DNA of 63,999 nt, filler included, from an uncultured bacterium (lineage in GTDB: Bacteria > DAOPZR01): assembly GCA_964637655.1 (NCBI GenBank). It is 10 parts of 10 records of this genome, joined end to end, with 100 filler letters (N's around TTAATTAATTAA, not from the genome) between each part and the next. Parts side by side here need not be neighbours in the genome. Positions count along the whole stretch, not along the records: positions 39,285 to 45,685 come from CAZWUZ010000223.1; positions 45,786 to 52,180 come from CAZWUZ010000224.1; positions 52,281 to 58,663 come from CAZWUZ010000225.1; 7 more parts are not named here. One strand, 5' to 3'. Positions 43,825 to 53,422 of the stretch are shown here, in pieces. Position numbers and translations under genes: made by a program. Positions within the stretch are counted from its first letter, which is position 1. The number at the start of each line of letters is the position of its first letter. The notes beneath the pieces are model-generated. The model was not told the origin of the DNA. It made no database searches and worked only from the letters and a program-made list of their open reading frames with translations.

Positions 43825-45528
43825 TTATGTCCGTAAAAAGAATCGGATCATGCGGCGGCCGGGTTCGTAGTCGTGGAAACTCACTTCGCTCATAAGGCCC
43901 TTGAGGATTTTCAGTTCCAGTCCGCTGCTGTCGCCGGTTGCGAGGGCCTGCGCGGCGTCGAACTCCGGCACCAGTTCGGGATTATGGCCGGGTTCGCGGA
44001 TCAGCAGTTGCACCGCAAACCCGTCGCTACATTTTTCCAGATGCAGCCCGAGATACTCTGTGGCGTCGGACGGTGGTGCCGTCCGCACCACCAGCGCCAG
44101 CGCCTCCTCGATCCCTGCCTCCAGTCGCGTCGCCTGCGCGGCGCTCGCGCCGTGCAGGACAGCGAACTGGCGCGTGGTCGCGGTGAACGTCGCCAGGAAG
44201 CGGAGGTCCTTGGGCAAAGTGAGCGCAAGCGTGCGCCCTCCCTCCGCTGGCACCGGTTGCGCCGCCGCCCGTGTGTCCATGGCGAACAGTCCGTCCTGTT
44301 CCATGGCACGGATGGTCGCGTAATCAGCCTCCACCACCGCCGCGTCCTCATGCGTCAGGAGCACCGTGCCGGGCATGGTGAACATGTCCACGGTTTGCGG
44401 CAGGTAGTCGCCGACCCGCACCGAGAGCGACGAGGAAAAATACGAAGCCAGATTCTCGACTCGCTTCCAGCCCGGTATGCCGGTGAGCCGGCCTGCCTTC
44501 TCCGTGAGCAGTGACTTATCGAGGATATGCCGGCGGATGGTGTAAGGTTTGGCGGCAAGCTGATGAAAGGTTTCGGGTTCGAGATAACAGGCGATGGTCC
44601 AGTCCACCTGGCTGTGACCGATGGCGTCGATGACGAGGTCCTGCGGCAGGGAGCCGCCCATGACGCGGGCGCCGATTTCCACCAGGCGCGGCCCGTCGGC
44701 GGTGAGCATGACTTCGGCGTGGGCCGGGCCGTTCTTGATGCCGAGCGCGTCGAGAACACCGAAAACATACTGCTTGAGCATGTCCACTTCGGGGCCGGAC
44801 GACGGCAATAGCCGGGTATAGTTGTAGATCAATGAATCGCCGCCGGGCAGGCGCAGCTTGTCGTACCGCCAGGCGTCACTGAGATAGTGGACGCCATCCA
44901 GGCTGACGGTGTTCACCGGATGCTCTATGCCCTTGAGGAACGATTCGGCCAGCACCGCGGTATTGTGAGTACCGAAGTGGTCGGTGTGATTGTGGATTTC
45001 GCGGAATCGCCGTTCGACGTCGCCCGGGCTCTCGCAGAAAAATACGCTGTCCGTGCCCGCGCTCATCAGCGGCTTGAGCACCACGGGCCATGACTGCTGC
45101 TGCTCCGCCCACGCCATTATCTCCTCGAGTTTATCCGAACAGCAGAACGCGCAGGTGGGCAGGCCGTGGCGGTGCACGGCTTCTATCATCCGGAACTTGT
45201 CACGCCGGGCCGCGGACAGCGCCGTGCCGTTGCTGCGCACACCCAGCCGTTCGCTGAGCAGGTCGGCCAGCGCGACCGCGGGCTCGCTCGCCGCAATCAC
45301 TGCGAGCGGTTCATAGACAGCTAAGGCCGTGAGCGTGGCCTCGATATCGCCCTCGTGGGTGTAACAGGCGGTATAATCCTCGGACTTGACCATCGCCTGG
45401 TATTCCGGCGGCAGTTTGCGGGAACTGAGCACGTGGACGGACTCATAGCCGCGCGCGCGCAGCCGCGGCGCGAAGAACATGCCGGTGGAAATGCCATCAA
45501 CGATGATAACGACTCTTTTTCTGGTCAT
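43825..45528 (-). CDS. ATP-grasp (L-amino acid ligase-like) enzyme fused to an RsbW-like domain
   Basis: RRDKFRM, VLKP, ESFLKG-E, HAEV, LVEIGAR-GG; C-terminal IEEA...G...GL--L---MSEVSF. Confidence 0.82.
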   Translation of the reverse strand: MTRKRVVIIVDGISTGMFFAPRLRARGYESVHVLSSRKLPPEYQAMVKSEDYTACYTHEGDIEATLTALAVYEPLAVIAASEPAVALADLLSERLGVRSNGTALSAARRDKFRMIEAVHRHGLPTCAFCCSDKLEEIMAWAEQQQSWPVVLKPLMSAGTDSVFFCESPGDVERRFREIHNHTDHFGTHNTAVLAESFLKGIEHPVNTVSLDGVHYLSDAWRYDKLRLPGGDSLIYNYTRLLPSSGPEVDMLKQYVFGVLDALGIKNGPAHAEVMLTADGPRLVEIGARVMGGSLPQDLVIDAIGHSQVDWTIACYLEPETFHQLAAKPYTIRRHILDKSLLTEKAGRLTGIPGWKRVENLASYFSSSLSVRVGDYLPQTVDMFTMPGTVLLTHEDAAVVEADYATIRAMEQDGLFAMDTRAAAQPVPAEGGRTLALTLPKDLRFLATFTATTRQFAVLHGASAAQATRLEAGIEEALALVVRTAPPSDATEYLGLHLEKCSDGFAVQLLIREPGHNPELVPEFDAAQALATGDSSGLELKILKGLMSEVSFHDYEPGRRMIRFFLRT

Positions 45529-45685
45529 GACTCACCGATGATGCCATAGCGGGCGGATTATCGCAAGTCAGGTCCGGTGCCGGCACGCGAACGAAAAGTC
45601 ATCCTGTCACCGCTTGTTGATATGAATTTACTTGAATTCAGACCGTTTTGTATACACTAGGTTTTCAACAAGCGTTTGTCAACCG

Positions 45686-45785
45686 NNNNNNNNNNNNNNN
45701 NNNNNNNNNNNNNNNNNNNNNNNNNNNNNTTAATTAATTAANNNNNNNNNNNNNNNNNNNNNNNNNNNNNNNNNNNNNNNNNNNN
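45686..45785. other. Artificial contig spacer
   Basis: N-run with linker. Confidence 0.98.
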
Positions 45786-46779
45786 CCGCCGCGCGGTTCT
45801 GCGCCATCGTCGTCCCCTTGCGCAATTGCGCGAGCATGGCATCGCTTCCCGATTCGAGACCGAAGAGCACCTGCCAGCATCCCGCCGCGCGCATGGTACG
45901 CAGAAGGTCGGGATCGGCACGGTCGACGCGGGTCAGGCAGGTCCACGGCAGGCGCGGGTAGCGCTGGCGCAGCGCAGCGCATAGTTCGCGCACCCACTCC
46001 GGGTGGAAGGTGAAGGTATCGTCGAAGAACCTGATCTCGCGCACGCCGTGGTCCTGCACGAGGCGGTCGATTTCCGCCAGCACATGTGTCACGCTGCGCC
46101 GCCGCACCTGCTGCCCGAAGACCGCGCGGTCGCAGAAGGTGCAGTGCGCGGGACAGCCGCGCGCGGTCATGACGGTCGCCAGCGGCAGGCGGCGATAGGA
46201 CGCGGCGGTCGGGATATACTCCGTCAGCGGCGGGATGAGGTGATAGGCGGGAAACGGGAGCGAGTCAAGGTCGGTGAGGCGCTGCGGCGGGCCACCGTCG
46301 CGCAGAGTGCCGTCCGCCGCGCGCACACTGACGCCCGGAATGCCGGCCGGATCGTCGCCACGGGCCAGCGCGCGCAGCGGTTCTTCGCCTTCGCCGCGCA
46401 CCAGCAGGTCGAAATCGGGGAGCGTGGCCAGCGCGTCAGGCACCGCGCTGGCATGCGCGCCACCGATGACGAAACGCGCTGCCGGGCAGGCCGCGCGCAG
46501 GGCGCGGGCGAGCGTGACCGCAGCGGCCAGCGACGGCGTGGTGGCGGATATCCCGACCAGTTCCGGGGCAAACGCCTGCGCGCGCGCCACCACTTCTGCT
46601 GTCGTTGCCAGTGTCGCGTCATGCACCGCCACGGCATGCCCGTCACGTTCGAGCACCGCCGCCATGCTGAGCAGTCCGAGCGGCGGAATGACATTGACGA
46701 CGTACTTGAGGAAGGCGCGGCGGCGCCCGCTGACGAAGGTCGCGGGAGCGTACGGCGGGCTGATGAGCAGGACGCGCAT
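45786..46779 (-). CDS. B12-binding radical SAM protein, N-terminal part
   Basis: PPLGLL, GGAHA, GEGE, RGCPAHCTFC, DDTF, GLESG. Confidence 0.9.
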
Positions 46780-47936
46780 CAGGCGTCCCCTTTCACCATG
46801 AGCAGCGCGCGGAAATAGTCGCCTTCGGGGAGGGCCGCACTGACCGGATGGTCGAACGGCTGCCCGTAGACGCCGCAGAGATGCAGCATGCTCTGTTCCG
46901 CCGCCGCCGCGCGCTGCAGCGCCGCGCGCAGTTCGGGTTCACCGTAGTGGTGCGAGCAGGTGCAGGCGAGGAGCATCCCGCCGGGCGCGAGACAGCGCAG
47001 CGTGCGGGTGAGCAGAAAGTGGAAGTAGCGCTGCGCCCCCGCCTGTGCCGCCTTGTTCTTCGCCGGGGCGGGCGGATCGACGATGGCCAGGTCGTAGGTG
47101 TTGCCGTCCTGCTGCAGGAAGTCGAAAACATCCTGCTGCCGCGCGTCGACGGTCAGGGCATTGGTGGCGGCATTGCGGCGCAGCAGGTCAACCGCCGCCG
47201 CGGAACTCTCGACCGCGATTACCGCGGTCGCCCCGCCGGCCGCCGCGTTGAGCGCAAAGCCGCCGGTATAACTGAACAGGTCAAGCACGCGTTTGCCCGC
47301 GGCCAGTGCGCGGATGAGCGCGCGGTTGTCGCGCTGGTCGAGAAAGAACCCGGTTTTCTGCCCGGCGCACAGGTCAACCTGCCAGCGCAGGCCGTGCTCG
47401 GTGACGGTCACGGTGGTATCGCCCGTACCGCGCACGGTTGCCGCTGCCGCCTCCTGCCCCGCCCCGCGGTTCCCCCGCTCGACGATGAGGGTGACCTGCT
47501 CCTCCTCGCGCAGCCAGGTGTCGATGGCGTCGCGGAAATGCGTCATCCCCGCGCAGAGATACTGTACCACCGCGGCATGGGCGTAGCGGTCGATAATCAG
47601 GCCGGGCAGGGCATCCGCCTCGCTGTGGCAGAGGCGGCGTGCCTGCAGCGCGGCCCAGGCAGGGAAGCGGGCACGGCGTGCGCGGGCCGCGTGCAGCCGC
47701 GCGCGGATAAGCGCGGCATCGACCGGCCCGTCATCGAAGCGGATGAGCCGCAGCGCAAGAGCGCGCTGCGCGTCGTAGAACGCGGTGCCGAGGCGCCGCC
47801 CCTTGCCGTCGAAGACGGAGACGATTTCGCCGTCAGCGAGGTCCTGCGGGCGCCCGGCAAGATGGGCGGCAAAAACCCACGGGTGGCGCTGCTGCAGGCG
47901 CGCGAGCGCCGCCGGGGCGACGGTAACCGCGGGCAC
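46779..47936 (-). CDS. rlmI: RlmI-like rRNA m5C methyltransferase
   Basis: PUA domain HPWVF, GQKTGFFLDQRDNR, LFSYTGGF, DPP, CTCS. Confidence 0.85.
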   Translation of the reverse strand: MPAVTVAPAALARLQQRHPWVFAAHLAGRPQDLADGEIVSVFDGKGRRLGTAFYDAQRALALRLIRFDDGPVDAALIRARLHAARARRARFPAWAALQARRLCHSEADALPGLIIDRYAHAAVVQYLCAGMTHFRDAIDTWLREEEQVTLIVERGNRGAGQEAAAATVRGTGDTTVTVTEHGLRWQVDLCAGQKTGFFLDQRDNRALIRALAAGKRVLDLFSYTGGFALNAAAGGATAVIAVESSAAAVDLLRRNAATNALTVDARQQDVFDFLQQDGNTYDLAIVDPPAPAKNKAAQAGAQRYFHFLLTRTLRCLAPGGMLLACTCSHHYGEPELRAALQRAAAAEQSMLHLCGVYGQPFDHPVSAALPEGDYFRALLMVKGDA

Positions 47937-47942
47937 GCGCGA

Positions 47943-48923
47943 TCAGCGCGCGGGCGCCGACTCGATGCCGTGCGCGCGCAGGCGCTCGACCGTGCGCGAG
48001 TGCTCGATGGCGATGGCGATCTGCCCGGCGATAATCGAGCAGAGTTCGAGGTCGGTGCGCGTGAAGGGGGCGGGCGTCTCCTCGCGGTTGATGTTCATGA
48101 CGCCGATGAGTTTCTGCCAGAACGACAGCGGCACGCTGAGCGACGAGATGATGTTGTCGCGCGGGGTGAGCGACGAGAAGCGCGCGTCCCCGGTGATACT
48201 CTGCAAAATGAGCGGCTCCTGGTGCTGCGCCACCCACCCGGCGATGCGCTCACCGAGGCGTACCGCCACCGAGGCGTCCACTTCCTCGCGCAGGCCGACC
48301 TGGCAGCCGACGCGCAGGGTCTGGCTCGCCTCGTCGAAGAGCATGATCGAGCCGCTGGTGGCGTGCAGCATGTCGAGCACCGTCTCGAGGGCGAACTCGG
48401 CCAGGACATCGACGTCCATCATCGAGCTCATCGCCTGCGTCACCTCGGCGATGGAGATCAGTTCCTTGAGTTGCACGTTCTCGAGGTTGAGGAAGTGCTT
48501 GTCGGCGCAGCGTTCGAGCGAGAGGACGAGCATCTCCTTGTCGAACGGCTTGGGAATGTAGTCGAAGGCGCCCGACTTGAGCGCCGCCACCGCCGACTCG
48601 ATGCTGGTGTAGGCGGTCATCAGCACCGCTTCGAGCGACGGGTTGACCCGTTTCGCCTCGCGGATGAGCGTGATGCCGTCGCCGTCGGGAAGTTTCATGT
48701 CGGCGAGCAGGATGCCGATGGCCTCGCCCTGCAGGCGCGTCTGCGCCCCGGCGAACGACGTCTCGTAGACGGCGCGGAAACCCGCCTCCTGCAGCGCCGC
48801 GAGGCAGTACTCGCAGATATTCTCCTCGTCGTCGACGATGAGCACGAGCGTGTCCTTCTTGCGCTCCTCGCGGGGGACCAGCGGCCCCCGCCCCACCGCC
48901 GCTGTTTTCAGTTCATCAAGCAT
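47943..48923 (-). CDS. Response regulator: REC + GAF, no output domain
   Basis: IVDDE, ADMKLP, GAFDYIPKPF, then GERIAGWVA...SVPL GAF. Confidence 0.85.
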   Translation of the reverse strand: MLDELKTAAVGRGPLVPREERKKDTLVLIVDDEENICEYCLAALQEAGFRAVYETSFAGAQTRLQGEAIGILLADMKLPDGDGITLIREAKRVNPSLEAVLMTAYTSIESAVAALKSGAFDYIPKPFDKEMLVLSLERCADKHFLNLENVQLKELISIAEVTQAMSSMMDVDVLAEFALETVLDMLHATSGSIMLFDEASQTLRVGCQVGLREEVDASVAVRLGERIAGWVAQHQEPLILQSITGDARFSSLTPRDNIISSLSVPLSFWQKLIGVMNINREETPAPFTRTDLELCSIIAGQIAIAIEHSRTVERLRAHGIESAPAR

Positions 48924-48936
48924 CGTTTCTCTCCCG

Positions 48937-50298
48937 TCAGGCGCGCGCTGCTGCGCGTGCCGCGTCCCGCAACCCCTCGGCGAAGGTCGGGTGCGCCTGC
49001 ACCGTCTCCGCCAGTTCCGTCACTGTCATCCCCGCGCGCAGCGCGCAGGCGCCTGCCGCCACCAGGTCGGTGGCCCGCGCCCCGAGCAAATGCACGCCCA
49101 GCAGCGTGCCGTCCCGCCGTGCCACCACCTTGGCGACGCCGTCGAGTTCGCCCGTCGCCTGCGCCCGCCCGAGCGCGCGTACCGGCACCGTGCCGGTGAC
49201 CACGTCGTCACCGTGCGCCGCGTGCGCCGCCTGCTCGCTCAGCCCGACGCTGCCGATTTCCGGCTCGGTGAAGAGCGCCCAGGGCGCGGTCGCCGCGTCA
49301 TAGGTCTGCGCCCCGCCGAGGATATTCTCCACGGCGGTTTCCCCTTCTTCCGCCGCCACATGCGCCAATTGGATGCCGCCGCGCACATCGCCTGCCGCCC
49401 AGATGCCGTCACCGGCACGCAGGCAGTCGTCGGTGACGATGCCGCCGCGCGGAGCGAGCGTGCAGCCGTGATCCGTGAGCCCGGGGATGTCCGTCACCGG
49501 TTGGCGGCCGGCCGCCAGCAGCACCGCGTCACCCTGCCAGTCGCTCTCCCCGGATGCCGTGCGCAGTTGCACGCGCACCCCGTCACCGTCGCGCGCGATA
49601 TCCGCCACCGTAGTCGCGGTGAGCGCCGCGATTTTCTCCTTGCGGAAGCAGCGCGCCAGCCCGGAGGCCAGGTCGGTATCCAGCCCGGGAAGGAGTGACT
49701 CCCCCATTTCCACCACCGTCACCTGCGCGCCCAGTGCCGCCAGCGCCGAAGCGAATTCACAGCCGATAACCCCGCCGCCGACGACCAGCAGCCGGCGCGG
49801 CAGTCGTTCCCAGCGCCAGACCTCGTCGCTGCTGACGAGGCGCGGCGCATCGACGACAAAACCGCGCGGCAGCAGCGGACGGCTCCCGGTGGCGATAAGC
49901 AACGCCGCCCCGGTGCAGGTCGTGCCGTCAACGGTCACCGTGCGCGGACCCGTGAGTGCGCCGCTGCCGGTGACGATGGTGACCCCGGCGCGCAGTAACT
50001 GCTGTTTCAGCCCCTGCGCGAGAATGCCGATGGCCTTCGCCCCGGCCGCGAGCACCGCGGCAAAATCAGGTTCACCCTGCGGTACGGGAAGCCCGAAAGC
50101 GGCAGCCCCGCGCGCGAAGCGCCAGCGCCGCCCCGCCCCGACGAGCGCCTTGGTCGGGATGCAGCCGCGGTGCAGGCAGGTGCCGCCCGGCGTCTCGCGG
50201 TCGATGAGCGTGACCCGCCGGCCGCGCGCCGCCGCCAGCAGCGCGGCTGAGTAGCCGGCCGGTCCGCCCCCCAGTATCAACAGGTCACAATCAGACAC
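48937..50298 (-). CDS. lpdA: Dihydrolipoyl dehydrogenase
   Basis: GGGPAG, GGTCLHRGCIPTK, GGGVIGCE, HPTFAE. Confidence 0.92.
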   Translation of the reverse strand: MSDCDLLILGGGPAGYSAALLAAARGRRVTLIDRETPGGTCLHRGCIPTKALVGAGRRWRFARGAAAFGLPVPQGEPDFAAVLAAGAKAIGILAQGLKQQLLRAGVTIVTGSGALTGPRTVTVDGTTCTGAALLIATGSRPLLPRGFVVDAPRLVSSDEVWRWERLPRRLLVVGGGVIGCEFASALAALGAQVTVVEMGESLLPGLDTDLASGLARCFRKEKIAALTATTVADIARDGDGVRVQLRTASGESDWQGDAVLLAAGRQPVTDIPGLTDHGCTLAPRGGIVTDDCLRAGDGIWAAGDVRGGIQLAHVAAEEGETAVENILGGAQTYDAATAPWALFTEPEIGSVGLSEQAAHAAHGDDVVTGTVPVRALGRAQATGELDGVAKVVARRDGTLLGVHLLGARATDLVAAGACALRAGMTVTELAETVQAHPTFAEGLRDAARAAARA

Positions 50299-50326
50299 AG
50301 GTCACCCATATAATTGGAATGGCGGC

Positions 50327-50355
50327 ATTGTAGGCGATTATCGCGCGCGTGTCAA
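50327..50355 (-). promoter_or_regulatory. sigma70 promoter for lpdA overlapping the rnfD 3' end
   Basis: TTGACA-N17-TACAAT. Confidence 0.75.
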
Positions 50356-51294
50356 TGCACGGGCGCGCAAACGGAAGGCGAGCGCGTCGAGCGGCTCGCT
50401 GAGCAGGTTGACCGCGAGTACCGCGATGACGATTCCCTCAGGATAGTAGCCATGCCAGCGTACCAGCGCATTGAGCAGCCCGGCGAGCAGCCCGGCAATG
50501 AGCCGCCCGCTGCGCGAGGCGGGGAGCGAACGCGGGTCGGTAAGGATAAAGGCGGCGGCAAACAGCGTCGAGCCGGCGGCAAGATGGAAGGCAACGGGGA
50601 GGCCGAGGAGCGCGCAGCCCGCAGCGAAAGCGGCAAGAAAGCCGAGCGGGGCGCGCCAGTCGATAACACCCGCCAGCCAGAGGATAAGCCCGCAGAGCAG
50701 CGCCAGCAACGGGAAGACCTCGCCGGGCGACCCCGGGAGGATGGTGTAGAATCGTTCCCACACCTGCCCGGCAGGATCGGTGAGTATCAATAGCGGCGGC
50801 AGGGTTGCCTGCTCCGCGGCATAGAGACCGAGCGGGGTGGCGGAGGTGAGTGTGTCGACAGCGATGCCGGTATCCCAGCGCTGTATGGCATCCGCACACA
50901 GCAGCATCAGGAAGAGCCGTCCGAGCAGCATCGGGTTGAGCCGCACGCGGCAGTGTTCCATGAGCAGTTTGCCGATGAGTACCGCGACGGCGACACCGGC
51001 GAGCAGCGGCAGCAGCGGAAAACGCGCGGGTACGCTGAGCACGAGCAGCGCGGTCGTGACGAAATTGCTCGCGCGCGGCATGGTGAAACGACGCTCGCGC
51101 AGCAGGCGGTAGAGTACTTCAAGTGCGCCGCCGGCGGCGAGGCAGAGCAGGTAGCGCAGAATGAAGTGCGGGTCATGGCGCAGAGTGAAGACGACAGCGA
51201 GCAGGGTAAGGCAGCCGAGCATCCACGCCATCATCCCGGCGGTGGACGGCCCGCGGCGCAGGAAGGGGGCGGTCAGCGGCGCGCGCGCAGCCAT
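50338..51294 (-). CDS. rnfD: RnfD/NqrB-family membrane subunit
   Basis: LNPMLLGR, DTLTSATPL (FMN-Thr), PGSPGE, TDP, YPEG. Confidence 0.85.
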   Translation of the reverse strand: MAARAPLTAPFLRRGPSTAGMMAWMLGCLTLLAVVFTLRHDPHFILRYLLCLAAGGALEVLYRLLRERRFTMPRASNFVTTALLVLSVPARFPLLPLLAGVAVAVLIGKLLMEHCRVRLNPMLLGRLFLMLLCADAIQRWDTGIAVDTLTSATPLGLYAAEQATLPPLLILTDPAGQVWERFYTILPGSPGEVFPLLALLCGLILWLAGVIDWRAPLGFLAAFAAGCALLGLPVAFHLAAGSTLFAAAFILTDPRSLPASRSGRLIAGLLAGLLNALVRWHGYYPEGIVIAVLAVNLLSEPLDALAFRLRARALTRAR

Positions 51295-52180
51295 GCTTTG
51301 CCTTCCCGGAAGGTATGGGCCAGGCGGATGTCCGCCGGGCAGGCCGCGGCGCAGGCGCCACAGAGGAAACAGTCGTCGAGATGCGCCGCCAGCGCCGGCG
51401 TGTGACGCTCCGCGCGCAGTTCCTCGCGCATGAACGACGGGTGCAGACCGAGCGGACAGGCGTCGTGGCAGGCGCCGCAGCGGATGCAGCGTCCTTCTTC
51501 CCGCACCAGCCGCGCCGTGCGCGGCACCACGAGCAGCGCGTTGGTCGCACGCGTCACGCAGAAGTCCGGAGCTGCTTCCTGTCCCATCATCATGCCGCCG
51601 GCGATAAGCACGTCGTGCGCCGCAGTGTATGGCAGGGACGTCTGCGCGAGAATATGCGCGGCGGGGGTGCCGACCGGCACGATGAGATTGCGGGGCGCGC
51701 GGCCCGGCGACCAGACGGTGAGCGGGCGCTCGCAGCAGGGCTCGCCGTCACGCACCGCGCGTCCGAGCGCGTGCAGCGTGGCGACGCTGAAGACGAGGCA
51801 GCCGCGGCGCATCGGCAGCATGCCGGGGGGCAGCGATGTTCCTGTCAGCGCCTGCACGATGAGCCGTTCCGCGCCCGCGGGGTAGGTATCGGGGAGCGTG
51901 AGCAGTTCGCAGCCGCTGCGGCGTGCGCGCCCCGCCGCGGCATGCTGCACCGCCACCACGGTACGGGTCAGGCCAAGCAGGTGTGCCAGCCAGTCAGCGC
52001 CCGCGCGCACCGTGGCGGTTTCATGCAGCAGCAGTGATTCGTCGATGGCAAGATGCGGTTCGCATTCCACCGCGTTGATGATGAGCGTGGTCGCACCGGC
52101 GGCGGCACGCAGTTTTACCGCGGCGGGGAAGTGGCTCCCCCCCATCCCCGCCAGCCCGGCGACGGCAGCATAGGCGGGGA
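51273..52180 (-). CDS. rnfC: RnfC subunit (5' partial)
   Basis: G-GG--FP, INAVECEP, YPAGAE, GGMMMG, CIRCGACHDACP, CFLCGACAAACP. Confidence 0.88.
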
Positions 52181-52280
52181 NNNNNNNNNNNNNNNNNNNN
52201 NNNNNNNNNNNNNNNNNNNNNNNNTTAATTAATTAANNNNNNNNNNNNNNNNNNNNNNNNNNNNNNNNNNNNNNNNNNNN
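52181..52280. other. Artificial contig spacer
   Basis: N-run with linker. Confidence 0.98.
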
Positions 52281-52448
52281 GCCCTTGCCGACGCGGTAGC
52301 ACGGCAGTATCCCGTCGTTGGCCATGCGGCGCACTGTCGCCGCACTGACCCCGAGCATGGTCGCCGTCTCACTCACCGTGAGCATCTTTTCCAGGTCAGG
52401 TTCATCTCCCGACACCAGATTGTCGGGATCGACGAATTCAATGATCAC
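52281..52448 (-). CDS. Excisionase-family (HTH_17) DNA-binding protein, 3' partial
   Basis: MLTVSETATMLGVSAATVRRMANDGILPCYRVG. Confidence 0.8.
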
Positions 52449-52490
52449 AACCGCTCCGTAACTATAGCATTCCTGTCATAAGACGCCATA

Positions 52491-52518
52491 AGTATACTAT
52501 ATTGTCAAATTTTGTCAA
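52491..52518 (-). promoter_or_regulatory. Putative promoter with tandem TTGACA boxes
   Basis: TTGACA-N16-TATACT with a second TTGACA 10 nt downstream of the first. Confidence 0.55.
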
Positions 52519-52747
52519 GTGAAACGATACAAAAACCGGTAAGGCGCGAGTATTTATTTGTAATCGTTTATATTACAAAGAGATAAATCAGTTCAACTAA
52601 AGCCATACGTCGCTGTTTTTCATCGCAGATGCCTGTTTTTTGCTGTTACAGCGGGTTACGGGGTTACCCTTTTTGTCATCTTTTCCTTTTCTCACCCTCT
52701 TCTCACTCCCCCTATGGTATACTGACAGCGCAGGAGGCAAGGCCGAC

Positions 52748-53422
52748 ATGCGCATTCTCGTGGTTGAAGACGATCAGTCGCTCGGGGAAACGCTGCAGCA
52801 GGGGCTCGTCGAGGAGCGCTACGCGGTCGACCTGGCGCGCGACGGTGAGCAGGCCGCATACCTCGCGCAGGTCAATCCCTACGACGCGGTGGTGCTCGAT
52901 ATCCGTCTGCCGAAAAAGGACGGCTACACCCTCTGCCGCGAATGGCGCGCGGCCGGGCTGGCCATGCCGGTGCTGATGCTCACCGCCAACGATGCGCTCG
53001 ACCAGAAGGTGACCGGGCTCGACGCGGGCGCTGACGATTACCTGACCAAACCCTTCGAATTCGACGAACTGCTCGCCCGCCTGCGCGCGCTGCTGCGCCG
53101 CGCGCGGCAGCAGCCGTCGCCGGTGCTGCGCTGCGCCGACCTCGAACTCGACCCCGCCGCGCACCGGGTCAGCCGCGGCGGACGCGACCTGCTGCTCAGC
53201 GCGCTCGAGTTCCGCCTGCTCCACTACCTGCTGACGCGGCAGGGGGAGGTCGTCCCGCGCGGCGACATCATCGAGCATGTCTGGGACATGAACTACGACG
53301 GGGACAGCAATGTCGTCGACGTGTACATCAGTTATTTGCGGCAGAAACTCGACCGCGGGTTCCCGGTCAAACTCATCCACACCGTGCGCGGGGTGGGCTA
53401 CACCGTGCAGGCACCCGCGTGA
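52748..53422 (+). CDS. OmpR-family response regulator
   Basis: MRILVVEDD, GADDYLTKPF, SNVVDVYISYLRQK, HTVRGVGY. Confidence 0.95.
   Translation: MRILVVEDDQSLGETLQQGLVEERYAVDLARDGEQAAYLAQVNPYDAVVLDIRLPKKDGYTLCREWRAAGLAMPVLMLTANDALDQKVTGLDAGADDYLTKPFEFDELLARLRALLRRARQQPSPVLRCADLELDPAAHRVSRGGRDLLLSALEFRLLHYLLTRQGEVVPRGDIIEHVWDMNYDGDSNVVDVYISYLRQKLDRGFPVKLIHTVRGVGYTVQAPA

Noticed and set aside
45786-45896. Diversity-generating retroelement TR/VR pair with 39285-39395
   Set aside because: One of the four differences is not at an adenine, no reverse transcriptase is seen, and both copies are contig termini in an enzyme core.
52281-52700. Prophage or ICE boundary suggested by the excisionase-like HTH and AT-rich DNA
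   Set aside because: The gene is truncated by the contig edge and no other mobile genes are present; HTH_17 domains are common in ordinary regulators.
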